From the NCBI GenBank assembly GCA_963693365.1, contig CAVNZM010000003.1, positions 5,204,472 to 5,268,471 on the forward strand: 64,000 nucleotides of DNA, in the 5' to 3' direction. Below the pieces are notes generated by a model. That model was not told where the DNA came from. It saw only the letters and a program-made list of their open reading frames with translations, and searched no databases. The stretch is from Amoebidium appalachense. Lineage: Eukaryota; Protista; Ichthyosporea. Position 1 is the first letter of the stretch. Every line of letters starts with the position of its first letter. Both the position numbers and the translations under genes were made by a program. This document shows, piece after piece, positions 53,454-64,000 of this stretch.

Positions 53454-55984
53454 CTAGTCCTGCGCCTTTGGAACCCATTTTTGGATAACCCGCGTAAGAT
53501 CGCCAATTTTCACCGGTTTCGTTAGGACGTCGTCAAACCCGGACGCAAAACACTTGTCGATATCCGTTTGTGACGTGCTCCCGGTGATCGCCACAATCGG
53601 TTTCGGGAAATTTCCCTCCTTCAGTAGTTTCACGGCGGTATATCCATCCATCACGGGCATAAGACAGTCCATCAACACAATGTCGTACTCGTCCTGTCCC
53701 GTCGTCAGTATATCCACGGCTTCTTTTCCGTTTTCCGCCGACCCGGTGATACACTGCAATTTCAGCAAAACGCGCATCATGGTGGATAGAACCACCTTAT
53801 TGTCGTCCACGCACAAAATCTTTAACCCCTTAAGCGTGATAGCCGTCGATTCCACCGCCGGCCGTTTGACCGTCCTCTCCCGCTCCTCCCTGTCCCCCTT
53901 GAGCACCCGGCGACGCTTTCGCCTGACCTCCTGCCAACGGTGGTGTTCCTTCCCCTTGTCTCCCTCTACCGCCGCCCCTGCCGTAATTTCAGACTCCAGA
54001 GGGGAGGAGCTCGACGACCCGCTCCCATTCTCGGCCGCAGGGGAGGGGGAGTTCAATAGGCTCGACGTGGAAAGATTCGCTTGGAGGGGGGTCTGATTCA
54101 TCCTGCGGGGCGCGCCAAAACGGAACCGAAAACGCAAACGTCGACCCCGCACCCACCTTTGAGCTCTCAACCCACAGGTTTCCTCCTAGAGCGCGGCAAA
54201 TTTCGCGTGAGAGAAGGGAGCCCGAGGCCCGACTTTTCCGTCGCCGCGGATTCCGGTTGGTTGATGGAAGTGTAGAACTGGAACAATCTGGCCTGATCTT
54301 CCGGGGAAATCCCTTTTCCCGTATCTTCGACCTGTAAAACCAACAGACCGTCGTATTGGGCCCCCGCCGGCGTCGGCTTCGTGTCTGCAATGATGCGAAC
54401 ATGTCCCTCCGCCGTGTGCCTGAACGCGTTCGAAAGCAGGTTCCCAAGCACCTGCATGAGTCGTCGCTCGTCAATCATAATGTTTTCCGGTATGGGCGTG
54501 GCAAAAGTTGGCGGGGGGGATTCCGTTTTTTGCGTCTGGTGGGAGCTATACATGCGCTGGCACAAAACGAGTGACTCGTAAAGGTTGACCGTGGTTATCT
54601 CCGCCTGAAACTTGTGCGAACTGATGCGCACAAAATCAATGGTATCGTTAATGACGCCGTGTACAATGTTCGCCGCTCGGTTCATGTCGTGCACTATCTC
54701 GTTGTTGGTCCCGTCCGATATAATCTGCAGCCCGCTCATGATCACCTGCAGGGGGTTGCGTATTTCGTGCGACAAAAACGCCAACATTTCATCCTTCTTC
54801 CTACTCACCACCTCCCGCTCAATGTCTCGAAACAGCGCCGTATAAAACACCTCATCCCCCTGCTGAAAGCACGTGATGGTCATATCCACGTGGAAAACAT
54901 CGGCCGCATCCTTACCCGCTTTACGCAAACACGTCTCCAACGACACCCCGTTCACCATCTTCTGCGACATGTCCAACACAAGGCTGAAATCGACCCCCTC
55001 CTCCAAGGGAGCCATGAGGTCCGTAACGCGGGGGTATGCCTGCAACAGCGCGTGGTCGTTTTCAAATCCGAGCGATGTTACCGCACCCCGATTGCACGTT
55101 ATCGTGTTCAAATTCCGGTCGAAAATTACCAACCCGTCGGAAATGGTATCCTCAAGGTGCACCTGCGAAACTGCCTCAGACATGTAATGGCGGCCCTTTC
55201 TATATTTGGCGGTCGCGCTTGGTATGCTCCCCTTCTCATCCTCACCGGCTACCGGGGGGGTAAGAGTACCCATTTCGTGTTCCCCCTCTGCGTTTTGCTT
55301 GCTCTGAACATGGTCGAATAACAGAAGAATGGACCCAAGAAGTGTGCCGAACACTTTCAACGGCTGCACCAAATCGTCCCATTTCCCGTTGCGGTTGCTC
55401 AAGGCAAACGTGCCTATGCATTCGTCTCCGCAAAATATGGGCGCCGAGAAGAAGTTATGAAGTGGGGGGTGTCCGGTGGGGAGGCCCTTATAGGCCGGAT
55501 GTTTCGTTGGTTCTTCGGTGATGATTACCTCGCTCGTGCGAAGGGGTTCCGCGTATAGACCGCCTCCATCCACCTTAAACTCGAGCTCGCGCACAGACGC
55601 GACAAGTTCCTGTAGCTCCTTGGTCCACGCTATGTTTGTGTAGCTCAGAATCTTAAGGATGCGCTTGCCCTCGGGGTCATGTTGAAGCCGCGCGAAATAG
55701 CCGAATTCTGCATCAACCGCCTTAAGCAAGCGGTCGAGGAGAAGGTTTAAGGTGTTCCACCTGGAACTTCCCGCAGCGATACTTTCATGCCCAAACGCGA
55801 TGATGTCTGTTAGCTCGTGGTATAGAGTGCTAGGTGTGTAGGTAAATGGACTGTAGGGAACGGGACGGGATTTTGGGCTGAGAGGGGGGTGTGGGGGTTG
55901 GAGAGCGGCTTGTGTGCGTGCGGGGGTGGGTTTGGGGGGTAGGGAGGTGTGCATGTGGGCAAATGGACAGCCGCTAGAGGCCAT
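53454..55984 (-). CDS. Intronless hybrid sensor histidine kinase (GAF-PAS-HisKA-HATPase_c-REC), about 842 aa, split over three frames by two +1 bases (near 54216-54218 and near 54117-54120)
   Basis: GAF YTNIAW...GLPTGHPPLHNFFSAPIF; PAS ISDGLVIFD...CNRGA; H-box FLSHEIRNPL; N-box QVLGNLLSNAFRHT; G1 VEDTGKGI; G2 KSGLGL continues in the next frame as LSREICRALGGNLWVESSKVGAGSTFAFSVP; receiver ILCVDDN...VLMDCLMPVMDG...AITG...TKP. Span is 2531 nt (3n+2). Confidence 0.9.
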
Positions 55985-58374
55985 TTTAGAGTGTTTGTTC
56001 CCCCTTGGAAGGAGGAAACGTGTGGGTTATTGGTGGATGAATCGAGGCATGCTTGTTCGGCAGAAATGGATTGTGCGCTCCGTGGAATGTTGTCTAAACG
56101 TCGGTCGGTGAAGCACCAAAACAGCCAGTTCTGTTTCTTAAATTTCCGTCTTTAGTTTTACTAAACGACAACGTAATACATATATGTCAACAAACTAGAA
56201 CAGAAGACCAAACCATTCAAGCGTGAGCACGAAACTTGTAAAACTACTGATCACCACCTGGAGTGTTACAAACAAAAAGCCATCACACACGTTTCCAAAC
56301 CTGCGCCTGTGCCTTTACCTCTCATCACCCTAGAATAGTTCTATGAGGGGGTATTAAGCCAAAATAACTGCAAAATAAAAGTTCAATAAATATTTATGAA
56401 AGATTCTTACCAAGTTGACGGCTTCCGAATTCCTTCATTCATGCTTACAAAAATATTATAAGATTACTTATAGATATTATTTAAAAACCCTTTTAACTGT
56501 AGTGGTAGTGTTTTGAGAAGGCCTTAAACGTGTACAGAAACGTTATGATAACCCTGAAATCCAAAACGCAATTTCACAATGCAGATCTATTGGGATCGCG
56601 CCGATAAGGAACGATTGCATTCCCCAAAGCCGTTTTAAATTCCGTTCCTTGTAGCTTATGGCAGTATTACATATAGTGTAACAGCTTCCGCAATTGTGTT
56701 TTAAACATACTATTACACATACCTATGTACCCTTTTCCCTTTTTGCTGAGCTTCTTTTTATATGTGCAGTGGAAATCCTCACGTCCCGGGTGATTGGCCA
56801 GTGTATTCATCCTGTTGCACTCTCCCCCTTTACCAACATGTAGGGGGATGTTTTTAACAACTGCAAATTTTCATTTTTTTCTTTTGACTGGATTTATTCG
56901 ACGGAAAGATATGCAAGTATGCACGGCGTACTGAGAAGACAACAAAAACTTCACGAGTTATCCAGTAACAAGTGCATACTGAGATACCTGAACACTGTGT
57001 GAAAATCATATAAATACTCAATGTGACGACCAACAGAATTCAACAAAAAGTCTGAAGTGTTCACATTGCCAGCCAGTGTAGCAGACACCCGTAGGGAAAG
57101 AGGTAAAACGCGACATAAAAACTCACACCTATCAACATGCTTTCGAAAAAAGTTCAGCACAAAAGTAGCATCAGCGGCGATGGAAACAAGAATTACGACG
57201 CCACTGCACAACTTCCCAGGCAATATCAACATCAGAGCACCATACAGACTTATCTACTAGGGTGGTATCCATACATACAGCAGGAGAAATGTATCCTGCC
57301 AAAGCTCCCAAAAAGCGATAATGATCAGTACGTTGCAACATGTGGCCTAAGGAACATGTACATAACACATGCCGACTGAGTTTTACCTTTGATTTCTCTA
57401 TTAGAACGAGAAAGAAACTTACACTGCGTATGGTAATAACTCGAAAAGGCAGAAAAAACAGGAAGAGAAAAGAAAGAGGGAGTGAGATAGCGAGAGGAAG
57501 AATCAGGTTGAAAAAAGGTAGGCTGAGGACATTCAGAAGTGGCGTTGGTGAATCGGGGGGGAAGAGGGATGGAGGGAGGGGGGGAAAAGAAAGCGTAAAG
57601 AGGGTGACCATCAGGTATGTAACTAAATGAAAACAAAAACGAAGAGACAATCTTCATTCACTCGTTCTTTTCTGACTTCTGAGCGCCGCGGTCAAAACGG
57701 GCCGGTACATACATGTTACAGCAAGGCTTCCATTCCACAAAAAAAGCAGCACTGCATACTGTGCATGTTTCAAGTATATTAGTACATGATTTTTTGTGTT
57801 AAGAAGGAGACTGCCCCGAAGCCTGACGAAATCATCAAATAAGAACATGACATGTATAATCGATTGGCGTGCTGCGCACCATCGTTTGGCCGGCAGCAAG
57901 GTACAGATGCGCCATAATACAACAAAAAAGAAAAAGAAAAGGAAAAAAAAAGAAATACAGAATGGAATAATAATAATAAAGCGTTAGGAAAAAATTGCAG
58001 TTAATATCATGATTTATATGCTGAACAAATGGCTTGAACCGGATGTGCTGGAACGGGTGCAATTAATCGGCCTACAAGAAACATCCTTTAAAATCCAACC
58101 CCAGCCCCCCCCAGGGCGAAAAGTCTTTCAGCTTGTGCCGAATCATTCTCAGAGAACGTGAGAGGCTCAACAGCTCTTTTCTGAAGATTTCTGCAGCTGG
58201 CTTCTTACAAAGTCAATTTTAGCAATAAATAGTGTGTAATTACCTACTATATACCCCTTGGATGTGAGCTGGAGAAACTCGTTCTTCATGAGACAACTGC
58301 GCGCCTTGATCCCTTGGCACAAAATTGCTTTTCCTTACCGTGACGAATGCACAAACAGCATGCGATGACGTCAG

Positions 58375-58441
<67 letters not shown>

Positions 58442-58874
58442 CTCCCCCCTCCCCCTCTCTCCCCCAAAAAAACACTGTGGGTCCGTGACGGCACACACAC
58501 GTACACGCGCACACACACACACGGTTAACTTTGGCACGGAGACTCACATACGCGCACACACACATACCGTCGTCAACTGTGGCACGCAGTGTCACGGCTA
58601 CCGTTTCAACTGAAGTCCATTTATAACGAACGAAGCTGCCCATGCACTCGAGTTGCTCAGTGGAGCTTCGTGAATATACCCAAAAGCACAACTCAATTCT
58701 TCTCGCTCAATTTTGCAGCGCTGCAGGCAAAGGGCAATCCAATATGTTAAGTCCTTCCCGAGTAAGTATATGAATCCTAGTATATACAAGTGGCCCATTC
58801 TGAATGAGAAACCTTGCTCTTAGACTCTTTGTTGTGGTGCAGTCCCCCCCCCTCCCCCCCTCCCTCCCCGCCCC

Positions 58875-58908
<34 letters not shown>

Positions 58909-59964
58909 AACCACTACCACCCAAACACCCGCCCTTTCCTCCGTCTTTCGTACCTCTTCAATCACAAGCTGACACAGCCACTCCTTCCTGAACGATGTAT
59001 CAAGAACCCACCCCCCCCCCCCACCAACACCAACACGGTGAACCCCCCCCCCCCCCCCTCCCTCCCCCCCCTCCCCTCCCTTTGCCCCCACTTTCCGTTT
59101 CCATCTGTGAACCTTCCGCCTTCACCTTCATCTCCTGCCTGTCTTAATGGCTTAGTCGTTTTTTGTATCTCTCCCACTCCCCCCTCCCTCCCTCCCTCCC
59201 TCCCCCTCCCTTCCCCCCCTCCCCCCCCCCCCCCCCCCCCCTCTCTCCTCTCTCTCTCTCTCCCCTCCCCCCACCCCCTTTCCGTCTCCCTCCCTCTCCC
59301 TCTCCCCCTCCCCCCTCCCTTTCTCCCCCCTTCCCCCACCTCTCTCTCCCTTTCCCTTTCCCTCTTTCTCTCCGTCTCGCTCTCTCGCTCTCTCGCACCC
59401 CCTCCCAGCCGCCCTTTCTCCCTTCCTCCCTCCCTCCCCCTCTTCCTCCCTCCCCTCCCCTTTGCCCTTTTCACAGGGCTGCATTCAAAGTTGCCCCTTC
59501 TTTCCCCCCGCATCACTCTCCAAATCCTCTATTTCTCTCCGGGTACATCTTCCCCCCTTCTATCTCTTTCAGAGACTTTCACTCTCCCTCTCTCTCTCCC
59601 TCCCTCGCCCCTTCCCTCCCTTCCTTTTGCCCACCCTTACATGCACACGAACACACACACACACACACTCCCTCTCTCTCTGTGTGTGTGTCTCTCTGTG
59701 TGTGTGCTAGGGTATGTAACACAAGAATGCCCGAATCCACATATTGATGTTTGTTAAAGCATGGCCACCTTTAAGACTCTTTCGTTTTCAATATTGAGCT
59801 GCAGCCCTTCAAGCCGAGGCTCTCTCCTTCAAAAAAACCCCATCTCCCCTCCCCCCCCTAACAGGTACTGACCTGTCTCTCGTTGAACTACAGTCAAAGC
59901 CTTCCGTTTGTTTGCGGACTGAAAAGTAAGACGCAAAAAGAGAGACAGCTCAGTAGCTCTTAGC

Positions 59965-59997
<33 letters not shown>

Positions 59998-60396
59998 TCT
60001 CCCTTTAAACCCCCCCCCCCCCCCCTCCCCCCCCCCGGGCACACCCGCCGGCACGCCCCGCCCGCCCACCCACCCGCCCGCTCGTCTCCGCAAGCGTTTC
60101 TTGACTACGCTTTTTCTTTCTCCAAGCTTTGTTTCTTTTTTTGGTGTTTTCTGACGTTTTGTGTTTTGTCTCTATGAGGTTTCGAGTTCCTCTTGCATGA
60201 TATAAGTCCAACCTTTAGTGCATACATCCCCCTGGGCCCCTGCTCTTCCCTCCAAGCAGAGTTACTATTCATGTTCAATGACCCGTATATTCCCGGCTGA
60301 CATCCTCTACCTTTCTCCTATTCTTTGAGTTGGGTGCCCATGGGCCGCTTCTTCCCGAAGGCCCCCCACCCCCACCCCCACCCCCCAGCTGCCGCC

Positions 60397-60570
60397 GGAG
60401 GTGAATGGATGGAACTTTGGGTGCTGTGGGTGACTTCGGCTCACCTCTGAGAATGGGCTTTGCTTTTGATGCATACTCGTTTGTGCTATGGTGTGTGCTT
60501 TGCATTCTGCAACGTGTTGCCAACCTGAGAAGTGTACTCTGCCGTACTCTGAACTCTGTACCATATATAA
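60397..60570 (+). repeat. Long diverged repeat family copy followed by a C-rich run
   Basis: GGAGGTGAATGGATGGAACTTTGGGTGCTGTGGGTGACTTCGGCTCACCTCTGAGAATGGGCTTTGCTTTTGATGCATACTCG...TTGCATTCTGCAACGTGTT...GTGTACT is colinear with the 1737-1897 copy. Confidence 0.8.
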
Positions 60571-61629
60571 ACCTCCCCACCTCCCCCCCCCCCCCCCCCC
60601 CCCCCTCCCCCCCCCCCCCCCGCCCGCCCCGCCCGCCCGCCACTTGAAACCTTCCCTCCCTTAAGCCCCCAGAGGCCACCCGTGTCTGCCTCGACCCTTT
60701 TCAGTACTAGTGGCCCTGTTTGCAGTGTGTTTTCATTCTTGGACACACACTGTTACCCCCCCCCCCCCCCCCCCCCGGATCCCCCTTCATCCGGACTCAC
60801 TCCCTTCATTTACACACAAACACACACACACGTACACACTTACACAGAGATACACACACACACACATACACTACCCAAAAAAAAAAAATCCAAATAAAGA
60901 AAAACCACACATCTCCCCACACTACCCTCGTGCCCACCGGCGTGGCTGTGGTGAATACCTTGGGCTAAGTGTGTGCAAATAGCTAGGATTGTTTAAAGGT
61001 GTGATAGCTTACTAGTAATACCGTAGCACTCTAGCTAGAATACTGTCAGTGCTGGGTGGAAGACGGTCGTTCCCCCTGAGGGCCCAAGAGGTCCCTCCGG
61101 GAACAAAACGGGATTAAAAAAACAAAAAACAAAAAAACAACCCTACCTCCTGCGTTACTGCCCTTTTGAGCAGATATTTCTCTTTTTTTATCCCCCTGGG
61201 CCAGGGTATGCATGGACCTTAGAGACGTGTGTTTGTGTGTGTGTGTGTTTGAGTGCGTGTATGATTGCGTGCTTACGGCCTGTATTATTTGTGTTCGTAC
61301 TTATGTCTGGGTGTTCGTCGGTGTGAGTGCGTTCATGCTGTTTTGTGTGCCATTTGTGCTAGTATGCCCATGGGTGTATATAAATTTGCGAGTTCTCATG
61401 ATTGAGTCACATGTGTGGTGTGTGTGTGTGTGCGGCGTGCATGTGTATGTCTGTTTGTGTGTGTGTGGTGTCAGAGCTGGACATAATGTCTGGGGGGAGG
61501 GGGATATGCTAGGGTCATCCGGTCAAAAGAAAAAGAAAATCTGAGCAATTCTAACCCCATATGGCGAGGCTGGGCCTTGCCGGGCAAACGAGATAAAAAT
61601 TATAAAATGTTCGTGTGTGTGTGTGTGTA

Positions 61630-61741
<112 letters not shown>

Positions 61742-62428
61742 CGCGCGCCCGTGTGTGTGTTGTGTGTGTGTGAGAGCAAGAGCGCGCGCTTTTCGGGGGA
61801 GGAGGGGCGAGTAGAATGGGGTGGATAGGTAATGCGGACAGAGACTGGAGACAAGAGGGGAGTGGGGTGGGTGGGTGGCCGTGGGTTGGTGGGTAGTGGA
61901 TGGGTGGGTGGGTGGGTGGGTGGGTGGGTGGGTAGCCGCGGTGGAGGATGGGGGGGTTGGGGTGGTTAGGGGTGGTGGGAATGGGAGGGGGGAACGGATG
62001 AATCCAATTGAAACCAGTAGTTTTTGCCTGATCCACAGGAACATGCGCATGTGCATATCCGTTGCCTTTTTTTGTGCTTATTTCATTTTATTGATTTTTT
62101 TTGGAGAGGGGGATGGGGGGGGGGGGGAGGGGAGGATTTGCACTTCTATGTTTTTAGATAGAGTAGTGGCACGGGGTTCTTTAGTTAAGTTCGTCACCAA
62201 TGCTGGTCCATATTTAGTTGTTTAAGTTAACCAGCCCACATTGTTTCAAGCCTTGTGTTTTCCTCTTTTCTCACAATCGATTCGTCCCCTTTCCGTATGT
62301 ATGCCAGCCCTCGATTGCATTCCCTTTTCCCCCTTCTCCCGGCGACGTTTTAAGAGTCAAGTAGCCAAGTTTAAAAGTTTGAAACATTTTTACACCGTGT
62401 TGTGTGTGTGTGTGGGTGGGTGGGTGCA

Positions 62429-62492
<64 letters not shown>

Positions 62493-62606
62493 CATGTGCG
62501 TGCGCGTGTGCGTGCGGGTGCGTGCGTGTGCGTGGGTGTGCGTGCGTGGGTGTGTGCGTGTGCGTGTGCGCGTGCGTGCGTGCGTGCGTGTGTGCGTGTG
62601 TGCGTG

Positions 62607-62639
<33 letters not shown>

Positions 62640-64000
62640 TTAGTGGGCAAGCTATGGCAGCCGACAAATACGACAGAATCGAAGCCCGGAGAGAAGTCAC
62701 TTTGAGTTCTGTCTCTCTGCGGCCTCTCTGACATACCACGTTTGTAGCCGCAGCGTAGTAGACCTGGCCGCCTTACTTAAGCTAGCGGTACAAGCCTAGG
62801 AGGCTATCCGTGAGAGCTAATATAGCCCGGAAGCTGAGTGAGTGACAGGGAGTGCGCATCATGGGGCCATAAATGCTCATCGTGTAGATCTAATACAGGT
62901 TAGTATTAGAGCTGTAACGTCGACGTCGGCAAGTACTTGCCGCGCGCCGCGGTATCAAGCTTTGAACGGATAAGTTCACTGCGCATGGCGCCATGCACGA
63001 GTGCATTGAGTTTCAAGTTTTCCAGTTTTCCAAGCATCTTCTTTTGAAGGTAGTCAGACTGTACTCACACACAGCATCGGCTGAGTACACAACACGAGTA
63101 CATACATACAGCTTCATACGGCAGTACCGTCACGGGCACGGCCATCTAGAAACACGGCCATCTAGAAACACCGATGGCCGTGCGTCACGGGGCAAGTGAA
63201 GCCAACTTTTGGAAGGTGTGACGTCACAGCATTCCAGAGTATTTTGGGCTTTCCTGTACTTGAGCACGGCCCTCTGAAAAAAAGACGGCCTGGCCGCAGA
63301 TCGGGGTCAAAAGAGCAGATTGGTATTTCGATCCACTGGATTCGCCATGATTAGATACTCACAGCTATGTATGTGCGCAGATGAAGGAAAACGGAAGGAA
63401 AAAAAACGACAAAAGTTTATGAAGTGCTTCCTATGTTCTAGGGCGTTTTTTTGTCTTAGAGTAATATGCTAAAGCCCTATAGCACAAAGTTTTGACATAG
63501 TGTACATAATAGTGTAGCTGAGTCTCAGTATAGTTATATCTATTGAGTAGTTCACGTTTACACAAACACGGCCGTGAGCAAAGATCTACTACAAAACTAG
63601 AACTCATCTTTGCGTATATTCTCTCAAAGGTGTTTCTATCCACTAGGTAACTAGGTAACATAATACTACCTGTATGTTAAGTATTAGAACGTCTATGTCC
63701 TGCAACACTAACCACCAACCAATAAACACTGTGTAGCCCCCCCCCCCCCCCCCCCCCCCCGGGCAAACCCTCACACCTCTACCTACTGGCAAAAAAAGAA
63801 AAGAAAGGGTTAAAAAACACTGACAAAGCCGCTAGAGCTCTGCTTCCTCCAAATACGCTTCTACCATCCAATCGTACTCCGCCTCTGCTGCCTCCAGTGC
63901 AGCCACCAGCTCGTCATCGTTTCCCTCCATCTCCCACTCGACGGTAGGTGGTTCCGCCGTGGTTGTTTTGTTTTCACCTTTCTTTCCCTTCTTCCTCCCT

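Noticed and set aside
62700-63320. Possible second inverted-repeat element
   Set aside because: Only about 9 bp (tctgcggcc) match between the putative ends.

Overview
Eukaryotic (protist/alga-like, taxon not determinable from sequence) nuclear DNA with GT-AG spliceosomal introns packed with G/C homopolymers and (GT)n/(CA)n microsatellites. Most ORF-track entries are repeat artefacts. Six genes can be reconstructed by hand: (1) an 11-exon Gbp2/Hrb1-type two-RRM SR protein with an N-terminal ALYREF-like DMSLDD motif (minus, 973-9292); (2) a multi-pass membrane protein, weakly class-C-GPCR-like, with apparent frameshifts (plus, about 13065-17154); (3) an 8-exon DUF4954-like beta-helix protein with one extra base and one in-frame TAG (23671-33003); (4) a secreted protein of about 1417 aa with CxC repeats, seven SdrD-B/CnaB-like domains and PA/SP linkers (35921-40836); (5) an SK/KCNN-like channel with a non-canonical filter (45705-50911); (6) an intronless GAF-PAS-HisKA-HATPase-REC hybrid histidine kinase with two +1 frameshifts (minus, 53454-55984). 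The most striking non-coding signals are: a dispersed 110-170 bp repeat family that runs into poly(C), lies in host-sense orientation in every intronic copy I found and may carry a decayed hammerhead-like motif; introns with G/GT-rich 5' halves and C/CA-rich 3' halves; repeated local duplications of exon ends just inside introns; and a MITE-like element with about 60-bp terminal inverted repeats. All family assignments are from recalled motifs, not database searches.
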